A DNA stretch of 35,987 nt from a virus (Duplodnaviria; Caudoviricetes): positions 1 to 35,987 of the IMG/VR virus record IMGVR_UViG_3300021197_000501. One strand, written 5' to 3'. Below are positions 9,520-19,578 of this stretch, in pieces; positions within the stretch are counted from its first letter, which is position 1; every line of letters begins with the position of its first letter. Made by a program: the position numbers and the translations under genes. The notes beneath the pieces are model-generated. The model was not told the origin of the DNA. It made no database searches and worked only from the letters and a program-made list of their open reading frames with translations.

Positions 9520-10388
9520 TATTTTACCGCCTTTGTATAGTAAACGTGTTTTATGCCATCTATTTCTTTCACCGCATCTTTATTTACCTTTTCCACATCT
9601 TGCGCCATTAAGCCAATTTGAGGAGTATTATCTCCTTTGTAATTAAAAAGATACACAGGTAAGCCATTATCTAACATACCTACTTGAGATATATTTTCTT
9701 TTACATTTATATCTGAAGCAGCATAACCTATTAACTGACCTCCAGCTTCTTGAGAGCCAGTAACTACATTAGAAACAAGAGATTCCCACCATTCTGGTTG
9801 TGCATCTAATCCCGCTTGTATCTGCGCTCTTTGAGTTTCTTGACCCATTGTAAATCTTCTCATTGCATCTTCTAATCCAGCAAGATTAGCTTCTGCTCCT
9901 ATTTCTGTAGGTACAAATTGTGCTAAATCTTGTTGTGTTTTTGCTTGACTTTGCGCTATGTAATCTTGTAGGCTTCTTTGCCCTGCTTCTTGAACTTGCG
10001 GAGTTAGTGCCGACACTTGAGAAATATCGCCACCAGTACCCAAAATAGAGCGTTGTAGTTGACTTAGGAGTTGTCCTTGTTGTCTTGCTTGAATGTTTTC
10101 TGCAAGGTCTTCACGAATCCTTCCAGCTTCGGTAATTCTTTCTTCAAACTTTTCTACATCTTCTTCTAAACCAGCTTGTCTTTCTTCTTCTTTTGTAACA
10201 ACAGATTCATTTAGTCTAGCTAGTTCAGCTTCCGCTGCGCTATTCATATCTCCTACTTTTTCTTTTCTTGATCCGCTGTAACTATCTACATTAAATGTAG
10301 AGACTGTCTGCCCTGTTTCGCTATCAATAATACGAACCTTAACAGTATTGCCAAATCTATTTTTTTCTTTTCTAATTGAATATCTCAT
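9519..10388 (-). CDS. Putative ejection protein with C-terminal peptidase S74-like (intramolecular chaperone) domain
   Basis: Gln/Ala-rich helical body, then SDINVKENI...LPVYLFNYK...IGLMAQDVEKV..DAV...G...VYY, the S74 autocleavage signature (SD..K.NI / G.MAQ.V). Confidence 0.75.
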   Translation of the reverse strand: MRYSIRKEKNRFGNTVKVRIIDSETGQTVSTFNVDSYSGSRKEKVGDMNSAAEAELARLNESVVTKEEERQAGLEEDVEKFEERITEAGRIREDLAENIQARQQGQLLSQLQRSILGTGGDISQVSALTPQVQEAGQRSLQDYIAQSQAKTQQDLAQFVPTEIGAEANLAGLEDAMRRFTMGQETQRAQIQAGLDAQPEWWESLVSNVVTGSQEAGGQLIGYAASDINVKENISQVGMLDNGLPVYLFNYKGDNTPQIGLMAQDVEKVNKDAVKEIDGIKHVYYTKAVK

Positions 10389-10397
10389 GTGAGACCC

Positions 10398-10607
10398 CTA
10401 TAAGTTCTGTGATTGTTTTAATTCTGAAAAATACCAATGATCATTTAATTTTATAGATATATAGACTTTGCCATTTTGTTGACATAAACCCATATCTCCT
10501 GTACTTCCTTCTGCATCTGTAAAAAAACCTTGCTTTGTATTTAACATAACATCTTGTTTTTTATCAAGTTCCGTAAATAATACATCTTCGTTGATTTCTT
10601 CTATCAT
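10398..10607 (-). CDS. Small virion-associated protein
   Basis: 69 aa, ATGA-coupled to the nozzle gene. Confidence 0.6.
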   Translation of the reverse strand: MIEEINEDVLFTELDKKQDVMLNTKQGFFTDAEGSTGDMGLCQQNGKVYISIKLNDHWYFSELKQSQNL

Positions 10608-13078
10608 GGATTACTTCCTAGTAGGGCATAATCAATGTCTATTGAGTCTATTTCAAGGTTACTTGCAGCGCAAGAAAATTCTATTGTTGCTGTTTTCCCT
10701 ACTACGGAAAATGATTTAGAAACAGATTTCAAATAAGTTTGAGTTCCAAAGGTTAATGTTGCATCCGCAGAACTACCTGAAAGAAAATTTGTGTCTGCAT
10801 ATACTTTTACAGTTAACGCTGAAGAAGCTTTGTAGACAATAGTAACCTTAGAGAGCCTCTTTTGAGTATCAGGAGAATTAAAATCAAATCTTTTTGTTCT
10901 TACAGTTGCGGTAGAGTTATAGAGAGAGCCAGTATTTATTTCTTGAACTCGCACAAAATTGGAAGATTCCCCTGCAAAGTAATGTGTATATTGAGATCGT
11001 AAGCTTTCGTTAATAATTAAATTACTTCTATTAGCAGAAGCTGCTAATTCTCTTTCAATCCAACTTCCATTATCCATATTCATTATATAAGTAGTTGGCG
11101 CATCATTATCAGGTAGAAAGATTAACTCATTATCAATCCCATCGTATCCTAAAGCGGGTCTGTCCAATGTTAATGCCTGATAAGTATCTTTTATATTGAA
11201 GGTTAACTCGCGTACTGAAGTATTATTCACTACATGAATAGATTGTTTATTAGCACAAACTAATCCCATTGGAGTCTCACAAACTGCATTTTTATGTACT
11301 GCACCTACTCCAGTAAAAACTCTTTCTATCTGATGTTTTTCATTTAACACATAGGTGTTTCTTGTTTTAAATACAAAAATCTTGTTCCGATATGCGATAA
11401 TCTTAACAATCTCATCTCCGTCATTTCTCCCTACATCAAAATAACGTGTAGGCATAATCTCATCTAACTTATAAGGATCAGTATAATAAATCTGATTTCT
11501 TTCACGAGCGGTTTGCCCGTTTTCATCTGTAGTATCAATGTTAGCATAGTATGCTTTGTTATTTAGTATAGTGGAAGTATTCCATTTAATTTCATTTAAA
11601 GTGGTACTAGATGCTCTTCCTGTTAACGAATTATATGTTGCTAATTTTAATCCATCATAAGGAATCCACCAAGTAGCTACTTTTGTGGTGGAGGTGCTTG
11701 CGACATACGCTCTTGCACTACTAACACTAAACGCATCAGAGCCTGTTTCATTTCTTGTATTAACACAAGGGATTGCATTTGCATCCCCTGTTGTAATTAA
11801 ATGTACCCCACTTGATGGGTTGGTAATTGTTTTAATATTTCCAATTCTTACACAAGTATCTGTTATAATACCTCTAATCTCTGCTTGTGTATCAAGGCTA
11901 TTTGATGGATATAAAAAAATTAATTTATTTACTGCAAAGTTAGAAGGCATAGAACTAAATTGAATAATAGCAAGTTCATTTTGACTTGTGCTTTCACTTG
12001 TAATTGCCATATAGTCATCACTCGTTCCACCATATGGCTCTGGGCAAGGTATCCATCTACCATTATTTGGATTATTTGCAGTTGTATCCGCATTAGATAA
12101 TTCAGCTAACTGACTATCTTTAAACCCATTATCTATATCTATTGTATCTACAAGATACCAATCTACATCTTCTTCAGGATTCCAATAAATATTAATTCCA
12201 GTAATTCTTGAATTTAACTGTGCTAGAGAAGACCCTGTATTTAATACTACTTGTATACCAGGACATATTTTACCTGATCCTACTGACTTTCTTGATTCAA
12301 TTCCAATGTTTCCATTGCTATCTCTTGCTAACGCAGACTCTTGAACATAGTCATAAAGAAAAGTAACAGTATATCGATCATGTGTTTTAAATGTAACATC
12401 TGTTAAATCAGGAATTAAAATTTCATCTTGATTACTTACACCATCAGGAAAAGTCACATATAACCCTACTTCATTAGCAGCGTTAATATCGTTGGATTGA
12501 TCCCATCCATAACTAGTTCTAACAACAGTAGGAGGAGTTAAGGTAGCATCTTCTATTTTCCAATCATTTACCAATGCTTGCATAGGCGGTTTCTTAAATG
12601 CATAGCCAGTTATATAAGAAGATTCATCTGTTTTTCCTAACACATTTCTTTTAATATGTCCAAACCATTTAGTTTTATTAGAAAAACTACCATCTGAAAT
12701 ACGCAATACTTGATTATGTACTAAAAAATCATAAATAGGAGAAGAAGACCAACTTGTAGTAATATTACTAAATGATCCACCTGTTCCTGTAGAAGTATCT
12801 TGTCTTTTGAGAACTGTACCATTACCATATACCCACCATGTAGTAGATGTATCTGCATCACTTGCATCTTTTTCCGTTCTATATACTACTAATTCTGTTT
12901 GTACATCTGTAGCTGCACTTGAAGAACTTACAATTTGCTCACCTTTTGGTCGCTCTAATCTTCCAGGCTTTTTGTTAAGAACTTTTGTAAATGCAGTATA
13001 TTGATTTTCAGATATATCAAAATCAGATTGATTGGTTACTAACCCACCTGAAAAATTTCTTATTTGCAAACGAGGCAT
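10604..13078 (-). CDS. Tail tubular protein B / nozzle (head-closure, beta-propeller type)
   Basis: 824 aa, N-terminal NFSGGL motif, beta-rich, C-terminal TKRFDF..P...K.L motif; follows the adaptor gene. Confidence 0.75.
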   Translation of the reverse strand: MPRLQIRNFSGGLVTNQSDFDISENQYTAFTKVLNKKPGRLERPKGEQIVSSSSAATDVQTELVVYRTEKDASDADTSTTWWVYGNGTVLKRQDTSTGTGGSFSNITTSWSSSPIYDFLVHNQVLRISDGSFSNKTKWFGHIKRNVLGKTDESSYITGYAFKKPPMQALVNDWKIEDATLTPPTVVRTSYGWDQSNDINAANEVGLYVTFPDGVSNQDEILIPDLTDVTFKTHDRYTVTFLYDYVQESALARDSNGNIGIESRKSVGSGKICPGIQVVLNTGSSLAQLNSRITGINIYWNPEEDVDWYLVDTIDIDNGFKDSQLAELSNADTTANNPNNGRWIPCPEPYGGTSDDYMAITSESTSQNELAIIQFSSMPSNFAVNKLIFLYPSNSLDTQAEIRGIITDTCVRIGNIKTITNPSSGVHLITTGDANAIPCVNTRNETGSDAFSVSSARAYVASTSTTKVATWWIPYDGLKLATYNSLTGRASSTTLNEIKWNTSTILNNKAYYANIDTTDENGQTARERNQIYYTDPYKLDEIMPTRYFDVGRNDGDEIVKIIAYRNKIFVFKTRNTYVLNEKHQIERVFTGVGAVHKNAVCETPMGLVCANKQSIHVVNNTSVRELTFNIKDTYQALTLDRPALGYDGIDNELIFLPDNDAPTTYIMNMDNGSWIERELAASANRSNLIINESLRSQYTHYFAGESSNFVRVQEINTGSLYNSTATVRTKRFDFNSPDTQKRLSKVTIVYKASSALTVKVYADTNFLSGSSADATLTFGTQTYLKSVSKSFSVVGKTATIEFSCAASNLEIDSIDIDYALLGSNP

Positions 13079-13782
13079 TAAAAGTCCTTGTAATTGATAT
13101 TAAATTTTGGCTCACCTGCTCTACGCTGACGATCTAAAACTATTTTCTCCTTCCATTCATTCCATTCATTTTTAAAATAAGGAATTAAATTTATATCTCT
13201 TAATCTTTCTGCGACCTTCCATGATCCATAGTATACTAAACATTCATGGTATCGCGCATCTAGCATAGGAACATCACTACTACTAGACAATGCTGTAGGC
13301 AAGTGATAATAATATAATTTAATTTTTTTCCCCGAAGAAGGTCTAGGGAAAATACCAATATTAATATCATCAATATAGTATCCATATGCGCTAGGCATAT
13401 TTAAAGATGCATTATCGCTAGAGATGTTATGTATCTGATCCATACCAATACGAGTCATTTTCTCGTCATCTAAATCCGCTCTATAAATACGAATTAAGTT
13501 AGGAATTGCTGAACCTCCTCCAGGTGCGCCACTATTTTCATATACTTCCCATAAATCTAAATCGGTAACACCATTCCCGTTAAATAATGCATAAGTTAAT
13601 CGTACAACTCCATTTAAAGTGGATGTGTCCGTAGTAGCATATCCATAAAAAAGATTAGCTTCATCTGCTAATAGGTTTTGACCTTTATTAATTAAATCAG
13701 TTAATACTGAATCTGCAACAACAGAGGTATCATCTACCCCTGTAATATTTCTAATTTCTGTTCTTATTTCTGTTAAAGTCAT
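13078..13782 (-). CDS. Head-tail adaptor / tail tubular protein A
   Basis: MTLTEIRTEIR...LTDLIN.GQ..L N-terminus and IFP.P...Y...P..L...DVP.L...YH..LV motif typical of podovirus adaptors; follows the capsid gene. Confidence 0.75.
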   Translation of the reverse strand: MTLTEIRTEIRNITGVDDTSVVADSVLTDLINKGQNLLADEANLFYGYATTDTSTLNGVVRLTYALFNGNGVTDLDLWEVYENSGAPGGGSAIPNLIRIYRADLDDEKMTRIGMDQIHNISSDNASLNMPSAYGYYIDDINIGIFPRPSSGKKIKLYYYHLPTALSSSSDVPMLDARYHECLVYYGSWKVAERLRDINLIPYFKNEWNEWKEKIVLDRQRRAGEPKFNINYKDF

Positions 13783-13795
13783 AATGTCCTAAAGC

Positions 13796-13817
13796 GGGGC
13801 GAGCCGAAACCCGCCCC
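13796..13817 (-). terminator. GC-rich hairpin downstream of major capsid gene (probable partial terminator)
   Basis: Minus strand GGGGCGGGT-TTCG-GCTCGCCCC followed by GCTTT; short U tract. Confidence 0.65.
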
Positions 13818-13832
13818 TTAGTTAGTTACTGA

Positions 13833-14825
13833 TTAGAGATCAGTTCTTGCTGTTAGGTACTGAATAACAGCATAATCCTTACTGTCAAACGTACTTAGAC
13901 CTACACCATAGATTTGACCTGCAGCTACACCAAGCTTATTGCCATAATCAAAGGTTTTTTCAACCCAAGTCATGTCATCCACTTTAGCGTGACAAGCAGC
14001 ACCTGCACCTAAAAATAGGTTACGAGCATAAGCAACAGAAGCTCCACCACCATCTGCAGCAGTAGTAATTCCTTCATGCTCATGGACAATAACTCCATCA
14101 TACATACCTAATGCTCCAGAAAAGATTGGATTATCTGATCCTCTAACATTAGCATTTCTTTGTGCATTTTGCCATTCATCTGTTTGTGCTAAATCAAATG
14201 CAACTTCAGGGTGAATTAAAAGAACGTAATGATCCTTACCATCAATTCTGATAGGTTTCATTTTGTAACTTTTAGTTGTACCTAGCATTGCCATCTTTTT
14301 TAACTTAGATATATCTGCAACTGTTGCTAAGTCTGTAGCAGCTACAGCAGCCTTTGGGTCACTAGCTGCATATACAGAACCAGCGGTTGCTGAATCAGCT
14401 CTTAAATATGCACCAGCACCTGATGTTTTGGTAACTGCGCTAAAGATTTGCGCATCATGGTCTTCAGCATATTGTCTTTTTAACTGCGCAAGTGCTTCTG
14501 TACGAAAGTTGTACAGAACCTTACTATCGTCAAAATTACCAGCATTAATTACACCAAATCGTCTTTGATCTGTAGTAACTACGACTTCATTAGAAGTAAG
14601 ATTCTGTTCGTTACTTTCTAATGCACTATCGCCAGTTACTGCTGTTCCTGTGTATCCAACCATACCAAAAGTCATATCTTTACCTTTACCTTCAGGCATT
14701 GACTTTGATACAATCATGGACTCGAATGTGTCTCCCATGAACTTTGAGAAATAAATCTCCTTACCTACTTCGTAAGCAAGTTGTTTTGCCCATCTTGAGA
14801 CATTTAAACCTGTATCCCAACTCAT
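13833..14825 (-). CDS. Major capsid protein (N4-gp56/DUF4043-like, HK97 fold)
   Basis: 330 aa; V.GD..LE.NE..L, YVLLIHP....DL...EW..AQ..A..RG..NPIF.GALG.YDGVI.HE and DYGN..G motifs; lies after scaffold and portal. Confidence 0.9.
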   Translation of the reverse strand: MSWDTGLNVSRWAKQLAYEVGKEIYFSKFMGDTFESMIVSKSMPEGKGKDMTFGMVGYTGTAVTGDSALESNEQNLTSNEVVVTTDQRRFGVINAGNFDDSKVLYNFRTEALAQLKRQYAEDHDAQIFSAVTKTSGAGAYLRADSATAGSVYAASDPKAAVAATDLATVADISKLKKMAMLGTTKSYKMKPIRIDGKDHYVLLIHPEVAFDLAQTDEWQNAQRNANVRGSDNPIFSGALGMYDGVIVHEHEGITTAADGGGASVAYARNLFLGAGAACHAKVDDMTWVEKTFDYGNKLGVAAGQIYGVGLSTFDSKDYAVIQYLTARTDL

Positions 14826-14843
14826 TTTACTACTCCTAGTTTA

Positions 14844-15614
14844 TTATTGTGTTTCAAGCAAAGCTTGCATCCGCACTTCTGGTGATAATTTATTCCAATC
14901 ACTTTGAGAAATAGAGTCAAAATCAATAGCAGTTTTATTCCCACCCGTAGCACTTGAAAGTGTTGTTGGCACTTGATCGGCTTGAGTGAGTTTATCTGTT
15001 ACTTGTTTAACTCCTTCGGTTTTAGCTTTACTCTTTTCTTTATTAATTGTCATTAACGTGTACGCATCATCAATTAGTGCAATACCGCGCTCATCTCCAA
15101 ACTTTGCAACTGCGGTTAGTTCTTCGTTATTTAGATTAGGATGTTTTTTAATAAAACTATCAATCATTTCCTGTTGAGCATTTTTCGTTTTTCTTGCAGC
15201 TATCTCCCTTTCTTGTACTTTTCGCTCTTCTGCGAATTTACTTTCTATTTGTTTTGAGATATGTGGTAAGACCGAATTAATGTCATAGGGATCATACTCT
15301 GGTAGTTCTACTTCTGGCTCTTTTGGAGCTACGTTCATCTTAATCTCATCAAGGGATTTTCTCAACTCACCAAGTTCATTGGTTTGTCTTCCATTGAGTT
15401 CCCGAAGATTTCTATACGACTTGTCTGTTGTAGAAGCATACTCAACCAATTCATCCACCGAAGTAAATTCCTTCTCTCCGACTTTGAATGATTGTGGTTC
15501 TACCGCAGGTGTCTCTGCTTTCTGCTCACTTACATTTGATTCAGGGGAAACTTCGTCACTTGCTGTGCCTGCAATTTCCTTGGCTTCGTCTATGTAGTTC
15601 GTTTGTTCTTCCAT
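14844..15614 (-). CDS. Capsid scaffolding protein
   Basis: Acidic N-terminus, KSYRNL....GRQTNELGELRK coiled-coil motif; between portal and capsid genes. Confidence 0.8.
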   Translation of the reverse strand: MEEQTNYIDEAKEIAGTASDEVSPESNVSEQKAETPAVEPQSFKVGEKEFTSVDELVEYASTTDKSYRNLRELNGRQTNELGELRKSLDEIKMNVAPKEPEVELPEYDPYDINSVLPHISKQIESKFAEERKVQEREIAARKTKNAQQEMIDSFIKKHPNLNNEELTAVAKFGDERGIALIDDAYTLMTINKEKSKAKTEGVKQVTDKLTQADQVPTTLSSATGGNKTAIDFDSISQSDWNKLSPEVRMQALLETQ

Positions 15615-15652
15615 TGTACCTTGTCCTTTTGTTAGGGGGTTGTTATTATGAG

Positions 15653-17491
15653 TTACGATTTACCCGTATTATTCGGCATTTGCCTTTGCTGCGCTTGCAT
15701 TTGTGCGGATCGTTCCTCTTCAAATTTTTCTAGTATATCCCTACCCGCTTCCATATCAGAAAGCTCTACATAGAGAGGGAATAAACTTGCGAATCCATTT
15801 CGTACTAACTCTCCTACTTGCTGTGCTTTCGCTGCACGCATAGTAGCTGAATTTTCACCTTTGTCTAATACAATATCAAATTCAAACTTTTCAAAGTTAG
15901 TTAAAAAACGATTAATGGTTTCTTCTATTACTTGTGCTTCTTCAGGGGATTCTGCTTTCTCTGTTTCAGCACCAATGATTCTTTTAATTTTATCTGCGGT
16001 ATAAAACTGTTGCATATTTTTAATCGCCTGCATTAATACAGTTGACTTGGTAAAGTCCAAGTTCTCCATTTGCTCTTGTAAGGTCATCATCCCTTGTCTA
16101 ATTCTTGTTTGAGCTGCAATACCACTTTCTTTTGTAGAAGTAGCAATACCCATCATAGGATCAGTAGCACCACTAATCTCTTTCGCATCCATCTCTGCCT
16201 TCTGCTCCATAGCTGCAATGCTACTGACCAACGATAAATGTGAGTTTGACCATTGTTGCATAAAGTCGCTTACACGACCTTTGAATCCAGGTATACCAAT
16301 CCAACGTCCTGTAGTAGATGCTTCATTCATTTCTTCTTGCGATACTTTATTCCCTGCGAAGATTCCTCCACCTCTAGGAGAACGATTAATAATGTCTAAC
16401 ATCTGCGATCTACGTTTATCTTTTTCCCTTTGTGGGTCTTTCATATTCTCTACAAGCCCAAATGTCTCTACATAATCACCCATATCTTCAAAATGATAGA
16501 AATAAGGTACGATAGGAAATTGATTATGCATATATGGATTGGCTTTCTTTTCTTGAAGTGTATGCGCCCCAGCAGTAATAGTTAAATATGTCTTTGGGAC
16601 TACTCGACTAATAACACCAAACTCTGTTTTTACTTTAGCCTGCGCTGCATCTTCCATAGCTTGTAAGTCTCTAATTTGTTCCCCAGCAGCGTTTTTATTC
16701 TTAAAACCATTTTGTGATATACGCCCAGTAGCTTTATTAATAATGTAATGTTCACGCTCATACTCCCTATTCCACATTTCAATTACACGAATTTTTTGCT
16801 CTACCTCATCTAAATGATGCGCGGAGCTAATTGGCTCTGCATTTCTATAATAAGAACCCATTTCCTGGCTAATACCTTGAGGCATAGATAAATAATCCTC
16901 TACGGAACTAATATCTTTAGCGGTATCTGGAAACATCTTTTGCATTTGGTTCAAGGTAAGGTACTTGCTTCTTGCTAGATAATTCCATTCGTTTGTATCT
17001 TGAGTCCTTGCCTCTGGATCAATATGCACATTTGCCCATGATTCACGTTTAATGCTTATTTCCCCATCATAAAACTTACCTGGCTCTACACAAACATCAA
17101 TCCAACCGCGCCCTGTAATAACTCCATCCTTAAATACCCTGCTGAACAAGCTTTGTAACTTTCTGTTACGATCTAAATGGTATAAAAGAGAGGTAGAAAG
17201 CATTGCTTCATTCTCATCATCTGATTCTACGGGTCTTGCTTTCCAAGAAGAACGCCCTTGTCGCTCTACGCCTGTAACTAAATTTACTTTGGGTAAAATA
17301 ATATTAAGCTGTAGTGGGGGTCTTCCTTCTGCTTGCAATGTCTGTAAATCTTCTGTCTCCCATTGCCCTGTACCAAACCCACCTGTATAAAATCGCATTG
17401 ATTCTTCTGCAGCACTATACCACTCTGAATCATTAATAACCATAGCGTCAAAAACTTCATGTAATTCTTTTATATTCATGCACTCATCCAA
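15653..17491 (-). CDS. Portal protein (P22-like)
   Basis: FY.G..GQW......L...GRP.L..NII...V..V.G.E, F.DG.ITG.GW, FP.VP, G.V..MKDPQ...KRRSQ motifs. Confidence 0.9.
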   Translation of the reverse strand: MDECMNIKELHEVFDAMVINDSEWYSAAEESMRFYTGGFGTGQWETEDLQTLQAEGRPPLQLNIILPKVNLVTGVERQGRSSWKARPVESDDENEAMLSTSLLYHLDRNRKLQSLFSRVFKDGVITGRGWIDVCVEPGKFYDGEISIKRESWANVHIDPEARTQDTNEWNYLARSKYLTLNQMQKMFPDTAKDISSVEDYLSMPQGISQEMGSYYRNAEPISSAHHLDEVEQKIRVIEMWNREYEREHYIINKATGRISQNGFKNKNAAGEQIRDLQAMEDAAQAKVKTEFGVISRVVPKTYLTITAGAHTLQEKKANPYMHNQFPIVPYFYHFEDMGDYVETFGLVENMKDPQREKDKRRSQMLDIINRSPRGGGIFAGNKVSQEEMNEASTTGRWIGIPGFKGRVSDFMQQWSNSHLSLVSSIAAMEQKAEMDAKEISGATDPMMGIATSTKESGIAAQTRIRQGMMTLQEQMENLDFTKSTVLMQAIKNMQQFYTADKIKRIIGAETEKAESPEEAQVIEETINRFLTNFEKFEFDIVLDKGENSATMRAAKAQQVGELVRNGFASLFPLYVELSDMEAGRDILEKFEEERSAQMQAQQRQMPNNTGKS

Positions 17492-18885
17492 CTATTTTTT
17501 TTAGATTTCCCGAAAATACCCCATAAACCATAGTCATCGCTTTGCTCTGTAGGCGAATCACTATCTTCAACGTAGTGAACTAAATATCTAAGACAATCCA
17601 TTGCGTGGTCATTTTTCTTCACAGGTTCTTCTGGTAAATTACGACTTTCAAAACCATGTTTAAGCTCCTTCCACTTATAGTCAACGATCTCTTCTACCAA
17701 AGGTTTCATATTTAATGTCTTAAAAAACAATAACTTAGACTTATTGTTCTCATCCAGCTTCAAATATGCAGATACACGTTCAAATCCTGCACGCTTATCA
17801 TTCTTTGCTTTTTCCCACTCAATTCCATACTCATACCACTCGTCTGCGACACTATTTCCATCTCTTTCTGTTCTAACAATAGATGGATCAGCCAAGAATG
17901 TATAATTAATTCCTTGTTTTAATCTACGCTCTACTTTTGGCACAATCATTTCTATCGTATGCTCGCTAACATAAATTAAATCATATACATAGATCGTTCC
18001 TTCGTCATCTGCGGCGGCAAATAAAATAGAAGTAGGATTACGATACCCATAATCATACACTACATAGTGATTCCACCACTTTGGAATAGCAAATGGCTTT
18101 ACAGAGTGCGTTTCTTCTTTAAATTCGGGATATACAAGTCCTGCAAAATCGTCCCAACTACAATAAACGTATCTGTTGACCCATTGGTCTGGCATTGAAA
18201 GTAGATGTTTAATATAATCTGCGGGTAAATGAGGATTGTCGGAATATAATTTTACTTCTTCGTCTGTTTCAGGAGGCGGTGCATCTGGTTGCCATGTCAT
18301 CGTCTCAATTAAACGATAATCACCTTTTTTCTTGTTCTGTTTTTCCTTATCCTTCTTCCATCTCTTCCATACCCAATCGTGACCCGCTGGATTTGAGGTA
18401 TGAAAACTACATCTCATGGCGTTTTTTCTACGCATTTGTCCCGCGGCAGCAATAAATGTAGCTTCGGTCATTTCTTCAATCTGATCAAACGCAAACCAAC
18501 CCAAATTCATAGATTTTATACGCTGAATAGAGTCACGGGAGTCATCTAATGCCATATAAACTATTTTAGAGCGGTTTTTAAAGATAATTTCTCTATCTTG
18601 GGCGCGATGTTTCTGAATAAATCCCTGACCAAGATCGAGCAACTGTATTAAAGTAGATTTCTTAAACGAATCCAATACTTTTCTACCCATTAATCCTAAA
18701 TTGCCTTGAAATGCAGCACTTTGGTGAATTGCCTCCATACACATAGCTTCAGTTTTACCCGTACCTAATGAGCCTGCCAATACTTGATGCTTACTCCAAC
18801 CAGTAAACAAATGAAATTCTTCTTGATGATCTAATGGGGCAGTTATATTTCCTTCCCCGTCTCTATAGGATATATTTACATCCAT
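17476..18885 (-). CDS. terL: Terminase large subunit
   Basis: Walker A GSLGTGKT, Walker B-like WFAFDQ, TSNP coupling motif, DNPHLP, and nuclease motifs YDYGY.NP, ADPS, DHAMDCLRY. Confidence 0.93.
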   Translation of the reverse strand: MDVNISYRDGEGNITAPLDHQEEFHLFTGWSKHQVLAGSLGTGKTEAMCMEAIHQSAAFQGNLGLMGRKVLDSFKKSTLIQLLDLGQGFIQKHRAQDREIIFKNRSKIVYMALDDSRDSIQRIKSMNLGWFAFDQIEEMTEATFIAAAGQMRRKNAMRCSFHTSNPAGHDWVWKRWKKDKEKQNKKKGDYRLIETMTWQPDAPPPETDEEVKLYSDNPHLPADYIKHLLSMPDQWVNRYVYCSWDDFAGLVYPEFKEETHSVKPFAIPKWWNHYVVYDYGYRNPTSILFAAADDEGTIYVYDLIYVSEHTIEMIVPKVERRLKQGINYTFLADPSIVRTERDGNSVADEWYEYGIEWEKAKNDKRAGFERVSAYLKLDENNKSKLLFFKTLNMKPLVEEIVDYKWKELKHGFESRNLPEEPVKKNDHAMDCLRYLVHYVEDSDSPTEQSDDYGLWGIFGKSKKNSWMSA

Positions 18886-19046
18886 TATGCTTGTGACCTA
18901 TAAAATAATTCCCAATCTAATGGAAGTTTACCATTTTGATCTAATTCAAACAAATCTAATGCAAAATTAGTCGCCTCTTCTGCGGTTTTTGGTGATAAAC
19001 CGAAAGAAGTTCGTAAAAACATACAATATATGTCTCTAGGAGTCAT
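18885..19046 (-). CDS. Small hypothetical protein (53 aa) between terS and terL
   Basis: Manual translation MTPRDIYCMFLRTSFGLSPKTAEEATNFALDLFELDQNGKLPLDWELFYRSQA; its TAA overlaps the terL ATG. Confidence 0.65.
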   Translation of the reverse strand: MTPRDIYCMFLRTSFGLSPKTAEEATNFALDLFELDQNGKLPLDWELFYRSQA

Positions 19047-19084
19047 AAAGATGTTATCTTTTATTGATTCTCGCTCTTCGCGAG

Positions 19085-19576
19085 TTAGCTCAACTTCATC
19101 TTCTTTAATACGCTTGCTCTATCCTTTGGCGATGTGCCTGATACTACTACATTCACTTGTGTATTTTGTTGGTTGACCCGATCACGATACTTGGCGGGAT
19201 CATGCGCCTTTAATTGAAAGATACGTTCTGTAATATTACCTGGCTTGGCTGCTTGCTCAAAAGAAGTTTTTTCGAGTCCATCCAATCGTTCAGCTACAAA
19301 TCCTTCTCTTATAGATTGAACCGCTTGCGCAAACGCAGGGTCACCTTTCATTGCGAATCGTACTGAAGCTGGAAAGAAACCCATTTCTTTTGCTGCATGG
19401 GAAATAAATCCATTGTGCGCGACCAAATAAGATAAAAACTTATCTTTCTTTGCTGTAAACCTAGTTTTTAAGCCAGTTTCTTCCTCATATTCTTTCAGAA
19501 AGTTCTTTAAATAGGGATTATCCTGTACTTTTTTCGTAGCCTGCTTAATTACTTGGGTTTTAGTTTTCTTCGGCAT
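19085..19576 (-). CDS. terS: Terminase small subunit
   Basis: KKDKFL..L....G.IS.AA..MG HTH, DP.FA.AV..., IF.LKA..P.KY motif; first gene of the packaging operon. Confidence 0.8.
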   Translation of the reverse strand: MPKKTKTQVIKQATKKVQDNPYLKNFLKEYEEETGLKTRFTAKKDKFLSYLVAHNGFISHAAKEMGFFPASVRFAMKGDPAFAQAVQSIREGFVAERLDGLEKTSFEQAAKPGNITERIFQLKAHDPAKYRDRVNQQNTQVNVVVSGTSPKDRASVLKKMKLS

Positions 19577-19578
19577 AT

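Noticed and set aside
172-16475. Plus-strand track ORFs in the structural region (172, 2851, 6279, 7122, 10093, 11685, 12807, 14986, 15379, 15488, 16218)
   Set aside because: Antisense shadows of well-supported minus-strand genes, with no recognisable motifs.
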